Source: Gemmatimonas sp. (lineage in GTDB: Bacteria > Gemmatimonadota > Gemmatimonadetes > Gemmatimonadales > Gemmatimonadaceae). Taken from it: a DNA stretch of 64,000 nt. The stretch is taken from the NCBI GenBank assembly GCA_031414535.1, contig JANNVQ010000040.1, positions 1 through 64,000 on the forward strand. The letters run 5' to 3'. Under the pieces are notes generated by a model. That model was not told the origin of the DNA. It was given only the letters and a program-made list of their open reading frames with translations, and ran no database searches. This document shows, piece after piece, positions 49,910-61,034 of this stretch. The translations under genes and the position numbers were made by a program. Within the stretch, counting starts at the first letter, position 1, and the number at the start of each line of letters is the position of its first letter.

Positions 49910-50731
49910 ATGACTGGAATTCTCGAGTTCTTTGGCCGCACCGATCCCGTGATCGGCGCGCTGATTGCGACGACGTTCACTTGGCTGGTGACGGCAGCGG
50001 GCGCGTCGGTGGTGCTCTTCGTGCCCAACATGAGTCGGCAGTGGCTCGATGCCATGCTCGGCTTCACGGGCGGAGTTATGGTGGCGGCGAGCTTTTGGTC
50101 CCTGCTCGCCCCGGCCATCGAGATGAGCGAACGCATGGGCGTGCCCGGTTGGCTGCCCGCGGCCGTGGGATTCGGGGCCGGCGCAATGTTCATCTATGCG
50201 CTCGATAAAATCCTGCCGCATCTGCACCTCAACTTCGATACGTCCAAAACCGAGGGCGTGCAGACACCCTGGCATCGCACCACGCTACTCGTGCTAGCCA
50301 TCACGCTACACAACATCCCTGAAGGTCTCGCCGTCGGCGTGCTGTTTGGCGGTGTGGCGGCCGGCATGCCGGAGGCCACGATTGGCGGTGCGGTGGCACT
50401 CGCGATTGGCATTGGCTTGCAGAACTTTCCCGAGGGCATCGCCGTGTCCATGCCGCTGCGCCGGGCCGGCTTGGGCAAGTGGAAGAGCTTTGGCTTCGGT
50501 CAGGCCTCGGCGATGGTCGAGCCAGTGGCCGGAGTGGTAGGTGCTGCCGCGGTACTCTTTATGCAGCCCATCCTGCCCTATGCCTTGGCCTTCGCCGCTG
50601 GCGCCATGATTTACGTGGTCGTGGAGGAAGTGATTCCTGAGACCCAGCAAGCCGACAACACCGACATCGCCACGCTTGGCTTCATCGGCGGCTTCATCAT
50701 CATGATGATTCTGGACGTTGCGCTGGGCTGA
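49910..50731 (+). CDS. ZIP family metal transporter (GufA/ZupT-like)
   Basis: LHNIPEGLAVG, QNFPEG, VEP, FAAGAM. Confidence 0.93.
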   Translation: MTGILEFFGRTDPVIGALIATTFTWLVTAAGASVVLFVPNMSRQWLDAMLGFTGGVMVAASFWSLLAPAIEMSERMGVPGWLPAAVGFGAGAMFIYALDKILPHLHLNFDTSKTEGVQTPWHRTTLLVLAITLHNIPEGLAVGVLFGGVAAGMPEATIGGAVALAIGIGLQNFPEGIAVSMPLRRAGLGKWKSFGFGQASAMVEPVAGVVGAAAVLFMQPILPYALAFAAGAMIYVVVEEVIPETQQADNTDIATLGFIGGFIIMMILDVALG

Positions 50732-50748
50732 GCCAGCGCAACGGTCAG

Positions 50749-51258
50749 TCAGGTCACGCGCTCGCGCACCATTACGACTGCGCTCGCGGGGCAAGCAGAG
50801 GTGAACTCGACGTTCGCCTTGATCTCCGCAGGCACCGCATCACGCGCGATGGGCTTGAAGCCAAAAGACGGGAAGTAGTGCTCCGCCGTCGTCGTCAGCA
50901 AATACAGGGCGTGGGCCCCGCGCGACTCGGCATCGCGGATGACGCGTGTGACGAGCGCACGACCCAGTCCCTTGCCCTTCCACGACTCGGCCACGGCGAC
51001 CGAGCGCAGCAGTGCGTGCTCGTCCGCACCGCAATGCTCAATACCTGCCACACCCACGAGCCTGCCTCCCTGCTCTGCCACCACAAAGGAGTCCAGCGCC
51101 TGCGCCACGCCATCAAGTGGAAGCTTGCTCTCCGTGAGCAAGGCCTCGACTGCGGCAAGATCCGAGCGTTGCGCGCCGCGCAGAATTACCGGCGCGCTCA
51201 GCTCTGCAGACGGGGAGAGCGAGGTGGCCTGCGGTATGTGATCAACCCTAATGCTCAT
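50749..51258 (-). CDS. arsN: Arsenic-operon GNAT acetyltransferase (ArsN2-like)
   Basis: LLRSVAV, GKGLG, LYLLTTTA, EFTSACPASA; in ars operon. Confidence 0.85.
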   Translation of the reverse strand: MSIRVDHIPQATSLSPSAELSAPVILRGAQRSDLAAVEALLTESKLPLDGVAQALDSFVVAEQGGRLVGVAGIEHCGADEHALLRSVAVAESWKGKGLGRALVTRVIRDAESRGAHALYLLTTTAEHYFPSFGFKPIARDAVPAEIKANVEFTSACPASAVVMVRERVT

Positions 51259-52139
51259 TGTGCCTCCGGCTTCGTGGCCCGTACGAATCCACTCAAGAAC
51301 TTACCCTCCATCTGGGCGGCAAACGCAACTGAATCGAGGCCCGTGTTCTCCAACAGCGTGGCGGCGTCCTCGGCCGTATAGATGCGCGTCGGCTCGATGC
51401 TCGGATTCTCGAAGCCCACCTCGCGTAGCAGGCTCAGAAACTCCTGCTCCTCGAGTGCACCAGCGATGCAGCCCATCCACAACTCCGCGTTACGACGCAA
51501 GTCCGCATGCACCTCGCCCCGCACCATCACATCACTGACCGCAAAGCGGCCGCCCGGCTTGAGGACGCGAAAGGCCTCCGAAAGCGTCTTGCGCTTGTCG
51601 CCGGAAAGGTTGATCACGCAGTTGGAGATGATGACATCTACGGTGGCACTGGGCAGCGGAATCTCTTCGATGTGGCCTTTGAGGAACTCCACGTTCGTCG
51701 CGCCCGCCGCCACCTTGTTGGCGTTCGCGATGGCGAGCATCTCATCCGTCATATCGAGCCCGTAAGCCTTGCCCGTCGGTCCGACGCGCTTGGCCGAGAG
51801 CAGCACGTCAATGCCACCGCCCGAGCCAAGGTCGAGTACGGTCTCGCCTGCGCGGAGGTCGGCGAGCGCCGTGGGATTCCCACAGCCGAGTGATGCAAGC
51901 AGTGCGTTGGCGGGAATGCCCGCGGCCTGGCCTTCGTCGTAGAGGTCCGAGGTGATGGGATCCCAAGATGCCGTGGAGCTCCCGCAGCAGCCGCTGGAGC
52001 CCTCAGCGGGAGACCCGCAAGTCGCTGCGGTCTCGCCCTCGATGACGCGGCGTGCCGCATCGCCGTAGCGATCACGCACGGCGTCGCGGAGGGTGTTGAC
52101 GGGTTCTGCAGCGGCGGGGCGGCGCTTGAGCTGTTCCAT
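51255..52139 (-). CDS. arsM: Arsenite S-adenosylmethionine methyltransferase
   Basis: [34 protein letters not shown]. Confidence 0.93.
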   Translation of the reverse strand: MEQLKRRPAAAEPVNTLRDAVRDRYGDAARRVIEGETAATCGSPAEGSSGCCGSSTASWDPITSDLYDEGQAAGIPANALLASLGCGNPTALADLRAGETVLDLGSGGGIDVLLSAKRVGPTGKAYGLDMTDEMLAIANANKVAAGATNVEFLKGHIEEIPLPSATVDVIISNCVINLSGDKRKTLSEAFRVLKPGGRFAVSDVMVRGEVHADLRRNAELWMGCIAGALEEQEFLSLLREVGFENPSIEPTRIYTAEDAATLLENTGLDSVAFAAQMEGKFLSGFVRATKPEAQ

Positions 52140-52187
52140 CGGAACTACCTCACCAATAAAATTTGATACGTCAGAATAAAAAAAGGA

Positions 52188-52508
52188 TCAGCAGCAGGAC
52201 GAGGCGATGCGGCGCCCCGAAGGGCGGAGCGCAATGAGGAGGCGTTCCGCCTCCTGAAATGGTTCACGCTCGAGCGCGTAGTGCGACCAGCGGCCCTCGC
52301 GACGATCGGAGACGAGGCCAGCATCCTTCAACACTTTCAGGTGATACGAGAGCCTCGACTGCGCGATGTCGAGGTGCTCCATCAGGTCGCACACGCAGTG
52401 CTCGCCGTCGAGCAGGATCTGGATGATTTGCAACCGAGCCTCGTCGGACAGCGCGTGGAAGAGCTGCGCGGTCCGTGCGGCGTTGGCGGGGCGGGCTGCG
52501 ACGGTCAT
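52188..52508 (-). CDS. arsR: ArsR/SmtB family repressor
   Basis: ALSDEARL, CVCDL, SYHLKVL; C-terminal CC. Confidence 0.92.
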   Translation of the reverse strand: MTVAARPANAARTAQLFHALSDEARLQIIQILLDGEHCVCDLMEHLDIAQSRLSYHLKVLKDAGLVSDRREGRWSHYALEREPFQEAERLLIALRPSGRRIASSCC

Positions 52509-52514
52509 ACGGGG

Positions 52515-52542
52515 ATTATATCAGATTTACTTGATATGTCAA
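52515..52542 (-). promoter_or_regulatory. Consensus leaderless promoter with ArsR operator
   Basis: TTGACA-16-TATAAT-6-ATG; inverted repeat ATATCA-N8-TGATAT at 52518-52537. Confidence 0.85.
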
Positions 52543-52549
52543 TTCCCTG

Positions 52550-53119
52550 CTAGAGCGCTTCGTCGAGCGCCTCGCGAAAAATGGCCGGCAAATCGATACT
52601 GAGCGCGGGGCCACCGAATACGGGAGTCCAAGCGAGTGACCCAGAAATCAGCTCGGCCCGTTCATCGCTGGGACGCCAGCGTTCCACGAGGCGCGCGTCC
52701 GGATCTACAATCCAGTACTCCGCCACCGCTTGGGACTGATAGATGAGCCGCTTCTTGTGCCGGTCGGCACGGGCGCTGCCGGGCGAGAGCACCTCAACCG
52801 CGAGGATGAGGTCGCGGCTTTCGCTCCAGATGCGCGGAGGGCGGCTGCGCCAAGGGATAGCGAAGAGGTCCGGCTGCAGCACGCGCTTGCTGGAGAACTC
52901 GATGTCCGCGGGCGAGAGGCGCACGCGAGCCGTTCGCGTGGACTTTGCCCACGGACTCATCAGGAGATGCAGCTCTTCCAGCACCGCGTTGTGCGGCGGG
53001 GTTGGCGCGGGGCTCACGTAGAGCTCGCCGTCGAGCACTTCGTAGCGCTTGCCATCGTCCGGGAGCGCGCGCCAGCGCTCAGCGGTCCATTCGGATTCGA
53101 GTAAGGCGGCCATACCCAT
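52550..53119 (-). CDS. Uma2 (DUF820) family endonuclease-like protein
   Basis: RYEVLDGEL, QPDL, AVEVLSP, EYWIVDP. Confidence 0.9.
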   Translation of the reverse strand: MGMAALLESEWTAERWRALPDDGKRYEVLDGELYVSPAPTPPHNAVLEELHLLMSPWAKSTRTARVRLSPADIEFSSKRVLQPDLFAIPWRSRPPRIWSESRDLILAVEVLSPGSARADRHKKRLIYQSQAVAEYWIVDPDARLVERWRPSDERAELISGSLAWTPVFGGPALSIDLPAIFREALDEAL

Positions 53120-53225
53120 AGCTACGCTCGGCTCGGCGGTTTGTGCAATAGTGCATTCGCGAAGCTGCCGAGGAGGCGCTCTCGACTCGGCATCACGGCA
53201 TTGCGGGTAGCTACCGGACACGACA

Positions 53226-53257
53226 ACGCCCCTCCGCCAGAAATGGCGAAGGGGCGT
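53226..53257 (-). terminator. Terminator after tRNA-Ile
   Basis: ACGCCCCT.CGCCA-GAAA-TGGCG.AGGGGCGT stem-loop. Confidence 0.65.
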
Positions 53258-53269
53258 CAGTTGCCGGAG

Positions 53270-53343
<74 letters not shown>

Positions 53344-53510
53344 GGCGAGCCTCGAAATAAAGCGGATTATGAGTCTAGGGTCAACCGCAGGCCAACCGAT
53401 TCCTCTCTCGTGAGCTGGGCGAGAGGTCCCACCAACGCGGGACCCTCCCGACTTGCGCCCAGCCCCATCCCAGAGCCACACTCGCAGTACTCTCTAGCCT
53501 CCCTACCGCG

Positions 53511-55070
53511 ATGTTCGAATCCGCCGAACAAGGCCTCACGCTCTCCGACTCCGCCTACGAGCGCCGCCTTCGTAGCCTACGCCCTGCCCTACTCAAGGCG
53601 CACTTTGCGCTGGAGCGTACCAATCGACAAGTGATTGTCATCGTCTCGGGCGGCAATGCCAGTGGTAAAGGCGAACTGGTGCATCGCCTGAACGAATGGC
53701 TGGACCCACGCGGCGTCACCACCACGGCATTTTGGGACCCGTCCAGCGAGGAGGAGGAACGACCGCACATGTGGCGATTCTGGCGCGCGATGCCAGGGGC
53801 CGGCAAGATCGGTGTGTTCTTTGGGTCTTGGTACACGCGCCCCATCATCGAGCGGGTCACGAAGACGCGGCGGAAGCGCGAGTTCTTGCCTGAGCTCGAC
53901 CGCATCGTCAGGATGGAGCGCATGCTCACCGATGCCGGCATCCATCTTGTGAAGCTCTGGCTTCACCTTCCCAAATCGAGCCAGCACGCGCGCCTCAAAG
54001 GGTTGGAGAAGGAGGGGCGACTCGCTCCCACCGATTGGGAGCACTTCGAGCAGTACAATCGGTTTCGACGCGTGTCGGAACATGCGATTGAACACACCCA
54101 TCAGCCGAATGCCCCGTGGAACGTCATTGATGCCGGTGATCGCCGACATCGGGAAGTTGCCGCGGGGCGGCTCCTGCTCAGTTCACTTGAAGCCGCGGTA
54201 GCCGAGTGCGAGGAGCAGCGAGCGGCAGCGCCGGCAGCGAGAAATACCGCGACCAATACCGCGACCAATACCGCGACCAATCCCGCGACCAATACCGCGA
54301 CCAATACCGCGACCAATCCCGCGGTATCGCGCGCCTATGTGGCGGGTCCATCTGTGCTCGACCAAACGGACCTCGCGCAGCGCCTGACGGTTTCGGCATA
54401 CGAAGAGCAGCTGCGGGAGCTCCAGGGCCAGTTGGCGCGGTTGGTATGGCGCGCGCGCGCGGCTCACGTGCCTGCCGTGCTCGCGTTTGAGGGCTGGGAC
54501 GCCGCCGGCAAGGGCTCGGCGATTCGCCGCGTCACGCAGGCCATGGACCCCCGCCTCTACCGGGTGGTGGGCGTGGCTGCCCCATCCGACGAGGAACGGG
54601 CCCAACACTACCTCTGGCGTTTCTGGCGTCAGCTTCCGCGTGATGGCCGCATCACGATTTTCGACCGCACCTGGTATGGCCGGGTGCTCGTGGAGCGCGT
54701 CGAGGGATTTGCCCCAGTGGCGGATTGGGACCGGGCGTTCTTCGAGATCAACGCCTTCGAGCGCCAGTTAACCGAACACGGCACTGCGCTGGCGAAGTTC
54801 TGGATTCACATCAGTCCGGACGAACAGCTCAAGCGCTTCAAGGAGCGCGAGCGGGTGGCGTGGAAGCGACACAAGATCACCGACGAAGACTGGCGCAACC
54901 GAAAGAAGATGCCGGCGTATCGGGAAGCGGTGGAAGAGATGCTCACGCGTTGCAGTCCGCCTGAAGCGCCGTTCACGGTGGTGGCGGGCAACGACAAGCG
55001 ATTCGCCCGGGTGCAGATTCTCCGAACCATCGTGCAGCGCCTCAGCGCGGTCGTGGACGCGGCGAGTTAG
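53511..55070 (+). CDS. Two-domain polyphosphate kinase 2 (polyP:AMP phosphotransferase, class II)
   Basis: Two PPK2 domains; EGWDAAGKG, FDRTWYGRVLVERVE, KITDEDWRNR. Confidence 0.92.
   Translation: MFESAEQGLTLSDSAYERRLRSLRPALLKAHFALERTNRQVIVIVSGGNASGKGELVHRLNEWLDPRGVTTTAFWDPSSEEEERPHMWRFWRAMPGAGKIGVFFGSWYTRPIIERVTKTRRKREFLPELDRIVRMERMLTDAGIHLVKLWLHLPKSSQHARLKGLEKEGRLAPTDWEHFEQYNRFRRVSEHAIEHTHQPNAPWNVIDAGDRRHREVAAGRLLLSSLEAAVAECEEQRAAAPAARNTATNTATNTATNPATNTATNTATNPAVSRAYVAGPSVLDQTDLAQRLTVSAYEEQLRELQGQLARLVWRARAAHVPAVLAFEGWDAAGKGSAIRRVTQAMDPRLYRVVGVAAPSDEERAQHYLWRFWRQLPRDGRITIFDRTWYGRVLVERVEGFAPVADWDRAFFEINAFERQLTEHGTALAKFWIHISPDEQLKRFKERERVAWKRHKITDEDWRNRKKMPAYREAVEEMLTRCSPPEAPFTVVAGNDKRFARVQILRTIVQRLSAVVDAAS
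54243..54323 (+). repeat. 12-bp coding tandem repeat AATMCCGCGACC, about 6.75 copies
   Basis: Encodes NTAT/NPAT in the PPK2 interdomain linker. Confidence 0.95.
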
Positions 55071-55103
55071 ATCGCTCGCGCTCGCGCGTCAACTGACATG
55101 AAA

Positions 55104-55131
55104 GCGGGGGGCGCCAATTGGCGCCCCCCGC
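55104..55131. terminator. Terminator between convergent genes
   Basis: GCGGGGGGCGCC-AATT-GGCGCCCCCCGC, TTT on minus strand. Confidence 0.8.
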
Positions 55132-55159
55132 ATCGCATCACTGCCTTCAGCGGCCCAAC

Positions 55160-55449
55160 TCACTCGTCGAAGCGCCCAGGATGGGGCTTCTCCTCGTCGT
55201 CCGCATCAAACTCGTCGTCGAGATCAATCAGGTCGTCGTCGAGATCATCATCATCGTCGTCGTCATCATCGTCATCGTCGAGGTCGTCCTCATCCTCGTC
55301 GAGATCATCTTCATCGTCGAATTCGCCGTCCTCGTCGAGGTCAGCGTCGAATCCATCCATGTTCTCTTCGTCTTCGGTCGCCAACCGCCACGGCGCCGCC
55401 ACGCTACCAACCATCGTCCGCGTTCTCCCTGAAAGTGATCCTGCAAACA

Positions 55450-55450
<1 letters not shown>
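55160..55450 (-). CDS. Small highly acidic protein
   Basis: ATG overlaps typA stop (TAATG); long D/E tract with mixed GAT/GAC codons. Confidence 0.6.
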
Positions 55451-57288
<1,838 letters not shown>

Positions 57289-57309
57289 AGCACGGAAAGA
57301 TAACAGGAA

Positions 57310-57465
57310 CGAGGAGCGAAGAGCGAAAGAGAAAAGCGAAAATCGAGGCCGGAGGCGGAAAGGTTACAAGGCGGGAGGGGGAAGGCCTTCCCCTTCCTGC
57401 CTTGGACCCTCCCTAGTTCGCTCTTCAGCGACTTCGATGTTCCGCTGTCGCTCTTCGCTCCTCGC
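57310..57465. repeat. Long imperfect palindromic intergenic element, copy 2
   Basis: GAGGAGCGAAGAGCGA...TCGCTCTTCGCTCCTC; homologous to 30971-31135. Confidence 0.75.
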
Positions 57466-59036
57466 TATTTCTTCCCGCCCATCTTGGGCGGAGCCGCCCC
57501 GGGCTTGACCGAGGCCGCCTCGTCACCGTCCATAAAGCTGGTATCGATGTTTTTGGCCTTGAGCTGGTTCACGAAGGACGTCTTGTCCACCGACTTCATA
57601 TAGGCCTCCTTCGGCTCCACCAGCTTCTTCTCCACGAGGTCCAAGAGGGTGTCGTTCATGGTAATCATGCCGAGCCGCTTGGAGGTCTGCATGATGGAGG
57701 GGATCTGGAAGGTCTTGCCCTCACGAATGAGGTTGGACACCGCCGAGGTCACCAGCAGGATTTCGCGGGCCGCCACGCGGCCGCCGCCAATCTTCTTGCA
57801 GAGCACCTGTGAGACCACGCCCTTGAGCGACTCGGAGAGCATGGTGCGCACCTGCTCTTGACGGTCGGCCGGAAACTGGTCAATCAGTCGGTCAATGGTG
57901 CTGGCCGCCGTGGTGGTATGCAGGGTGCCGAACACCAAGTGGCCCGTTTCGGCCGTCTCAATGGCGATGGCCACCGTCTCGAGGTCGCGGAGTTCGCCCA
58001 CGAGGATGATGTCGGGGTCCTCGCGAAGGGCCGCGCGCAGGGCAGACTTGAAGCTGCCCGTGTGCACGCCCACCTGACGCTGCGTCATGATGCAGTTCTT
58101 GTTCTCATGCACGAATTCAATGGGGTCTTCAATCGTGATCACGTGGTCGGAACGTGAACGGTTCACGAGGTCTACGAGGCCCGAGAGCGTGGTGGACTTA
58201 CCCGAGCCCGTGGGGCCGGTGACCAACACGAGGCCCTTGGTGAGATAGCAGAGGTTCTGCACCTCTTGGGAGAGGCCCAGTTGATCGGCCGTAATAATGG
58301 TGTTGGGAATGACGCGGAAGACCGCGGCCACACCCTTGCGATCGCGTAGCACGTTAGCCCGGAAGCGTGCCACACCGGTGATCTCGTACGCAAAGTCGGA
58401 GTCGTTGGTCTTGTCGAACTCTTCCTTGTTGCGGTCCGGCATGATGGAACGCAGTAAGGACTCCATCGTGGCGGGGTCAATCTTGGGCTGCCCCTCGACG
58501 CGGTGCATTTCGCCGCTCTTGCGAAGGATCGGCGGCTCACCGACGCGCATATGCAGGTCAGACGCACCTTGGTCAACCAGCATCCGAAGGAGCTGCTCCA
58601 TGGCTGCCCGTGCCTGCTCAGGGTCAGCAGCGGCCTCCTTCACATTGGGCATCGCGGCGGAAGCGCTCGGCGCTTCCGCATCCGCTGGCACGACAACCCG
58701 AGTGAACATGCCGGTGGCGCGCTTGAACTCGCCGTCGGCGTCCACCTGGATGCGAACAGACAGTTTTCCATCGCCCAGCACCATGGCCCGAACGGCAAAG
58801 ACCGAATCTTCGCTCGAGTACTGGAATTTGGTCGGTTGCTTGGCGTCGAGGGCCGCGTGCGCCGGAGCGGGCGCAATCTCCTTGAGGAGCGCCACAATCT
58901 GCGGGGCGGCCAGCGGCTTCGTCACGGGCTTTTCCGCCCCTTCCGAGAGCAGGACGACGGCATTCCCCTCCGTGAGCACCAGTTCGTCGGCGCGGTTGGA
59001 GATCATCACGGAGAGCAACTTGTCGAGTTGAGCCAT
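57465..59036 (-). CDS. pilT: PilT/PilU family type IV pilus ATPase with N-terminal extension
   Basis: ASDLH, GPTGSGKST, TIEDPIE, LREDPD, AVSNLIRE. Confidence 0.88.
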   Translation of the reverse strand: MAQLDKLLSVMISNRADELVLTEGNAVVLLSEGAEKPVTKPLAAPQIVALLKEIAPAPAHAALDAKQPTKFQYSSEDSVFAVRAMVLGDGKLSVRIQVDADGEFKRATGMFTRVVVPADAEAPSASAAMPNVKEAAADPEQARAAMEQLLRMLVDQGASDLHMRVGEPPILRKSGEMHRVEGQPKIDPATMESLLRSIMPDRNKEEFDKTNDSDFAYEITGVARFRANVLRDRKGVAAVFRVIPNTIITADQLGLSQEVQNLCYLTKGLVLVTGPTGSGKSTTLSGLVDLVNRSRSDHVITIEDPIEFVHENKNCIMTQRQVGVHTGSFKSALRAALREDPDIILVGELRDLETVAIAIETAETGHLVFGTLHTTTAASTIDRLIDQFPADRQEQVRTMLSESLKGVVSQVLCKKIGGGRVAAREILLVTSAVSNLIREGKTFQIPSIMQTSKRLGMITMNDTLLDLVEKKLVEPKEAYMKSVDKTSFVNQLKAKNIDTSFMDGDEAASVKPGAAPPKMGGKK

Positions 59037-60085
59037 CAGTGGAGTGCCGGAGTGAGGGAAGACGAAGTGAGTTCGCCGCAGCAGGCCGCGAGCGGTTCAC
59101 CTTCGAGTTGAATCGTAGTGTGATGAATACCAAAGCGCGCGACCGCTTCATGAAGGTCCGCGAGCACGCGCGGATGCTCCGTGACCGCCGGCGCAATGGC
59201 GTGCGCGCTCATGGCCACCACGCCGGAGGTAAGCGTCCACACGTGCAGGTCGTGCACGGCCCCGACGCCGCGTACCTCGGACATCGCCCTGCGCAGCGAT
59301 TCGGCGTCAATGTGCGCGGGGGTGTTCTCGAGCAGCACGTCCACTGCGTCCTTCACGAGGCGCCAGGCGCCTCGCATGATGAGCAAGGTAACGGCGATTG
59401 ACGCGATGGGGTCGGCGAGGGTCCAGCCAACGGTTTGCACTGCAACGGCGGCAATGATGACCGCCACCGAACCCAAGAGGTCCGACACCACGTGCAGGTA
59501 GGCACCGCGAAGATTTAGCGACTGATCTTGGTGCGCGTGCAGCAACCACGCACTCAATCCATTTGCAATCAGCCCCGCGATGGCCACGCCGAGCATCACG
59601 CTACCGCCCACGGGCTCGGGGGCGCGCAGCCGGGCGAAGGACTCCACGAGAATCCACGCCGAGAGCAGCAGGAGCGCCGCGCCATTCAAGAAGGCCGCGA
59701 GAATCTCCCAACGCAAATGCCCGTATGTGCGCTGCGGCGTCGCGGGTCGGCGGCTGAACCCCGCGACGAAGAGGGAGAGGCCCAAGGCACCGGCGTCGGT
59801 AAGCATGTGCCCAGCGTCCGCCAACAGGGCCATCGAGTTGGAGAGCAGTCCCCCAACGACCTCGGCCACGAGTAGCAACGACGTGACACCGAGCGCGATC
59901 GCGAGGCGCTTCGTGGACGCTCCGTGATGATGAGGTCCCGCGTGATCGTGGCCGTGCTCAAGTTCGTGCGCGTGCACGTGTGCGTGCACGTGTGCGTCCG
60001 GAGGGCCGGAGGCGCGGGCGCCCGTTGGGCGCTGCGCCTGACAGTCCTCAAACGACGGTGTGTTGGGCTCGCGGGACGTCGGCAT
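59036..60085 (-). CDS. Cation diffusion facilitator (ZitB/CzcD-like)
   Basis: His-rich N-terminus, ADAGHMLTD, YLHVVSD, HDLHVW, HTTIQLE. Confidence 0.92.
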   Translation of the reverse strand: MPTSREPNTPSFEDCQAQRPTGARASGPPDAHVHAHVHAHELEHGHDHAGPHHHGASTKRLAIALGVTSLLLVAEVVGGLLSNSMALLADAGHMLTDAGALGLSLFVAGFSRRPATPQRTYGHLRWEILAAFLNGAALLLLSAWILVESFARLRAPEPVGGSVMLGVAIAGLIANGLSAWLLHAHQDQSLNLRGAYLHVVSDLLGSVAVIIAAVAVQTVGWTLADPIASIAVTLLIMRGAWRLVKDAVDVLLENTPAHIDAESLRRAMSEVRGVGAVHDLHVWTLTSGVVAMSAHAIAPAVTEHPRVLADLHEAVARFGIHHTTIQLEGEPLAACCGELTSSSLTPALH

Positions 60086-60122
60086 ACCTACGGGGTAATC
60101 TCACGCGCGGACGCGCTCAGGG

Positions 60123-61034
60123 CTAGACGGAACGGCCCAGGCGTTTGGCAATGGCGGCCGCAGTCAAAATCGCCTGAATCATCGAATTGGGGTCGGCCTT
60201 CCCCTGCCCCGCAATATCCAAGGCCGTACCGTGATCAGGCGAGGTGCGCGGAAACGGAAGGCCCAGCGTCACGTTCACGCCCTCGCCGAAGCTGGCCACC
60301 TTGATGGCCGTCATTCCCACATCGTGGTAGGGGGCGATGACGGCGTCGAACTCGCCGCGCATGGCCCGCACGAACACGGTGTCGGCAGGAAATGGCCCAG
60401 CCGCGCCACATTCGCGCGCCGCCGGAGCGAGAATGCGCTCGTCTTCATCACCGAAACGCCCACCGTCGCCGGCGTGCGGATTCATAGCGCAGAGAGCCAA
60501 TCGAGGCTCCGCAATGCCAAACCACTCTTGCAAGCCTTGCCGCGTAATCCGCGCCGCACGTACCACAGCGGCCTGCGTGAGCTGCTGCGGCACGTCCCGC
60601 AACGCGATGTGCGCAGTCGCGAGCACCACGCGCAGCTTCGGCGAGGCGAGCATCATAGCAGTGGGCGCGCCGGTGAGCCGCTCGAGCATCTCTGTGTGGC
60701 CCGGATCGCTGTAGCCGGCATCAGCGAGTGCGAGCTTATCAATCGGCGCCGTCACGATACCCTGCACCGCTCCCTGCCGCGCTAGCTCCACGGCCCGCTC
60801 AATGGCCTTCGCGGCGAGTCCACCCGCCACCGCAGCAATCTCGTGCGTGGACTTGCCAGGGCGGCCGTGCCATTCGCCGACAGACTCCTCCACCGCCACG
60901 CCAGCGCCCGTGGGACCCACCACAATGCAGTGCGCGGCGTCCGCGACCTCGGGGGTCGCGAGCGCCGCGCGCACAATCTCCGCGCCGATGCCGCGCGGGT
61001 CGCCAAGAGTGACCGCGAGCGTCGGACGCGTCAC
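60123..61034 (-). CDS. pdxA: 4-hydroxythreonine-4-phosphate dehydrogenase
   Basis: GDPRGIG, GHTE, NPHAG, YHD, RTSPDHGTA. Confidence 0.95.
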   Translation of the reverse strand: MTRPTLAVTLGDPRGIGAEIVRAALATPEVADAAHCIVVGPTGAGVAVEESVGEWHGRPGKSTHEIAAVAGGLAAKAIERAVELARQGAVQGIVTAPIDKLALADAGYSDPGHTEMLERLTGAPTAMMLASPKLRVVLATAHIALRDVPQQLTQAAVVRAARITRQGLQEWFGIAEPRLALCAMNPHAGDGGRFGDEDERILAPAARECGAAGPFPADTVFVRAMRGEFDAVIAPYHDVGMTAIKVASFGEGVNVTLGLPFPRTSPDHGTALDIAGQGKADPNSMIQAILTAAAIAKRLGRSV

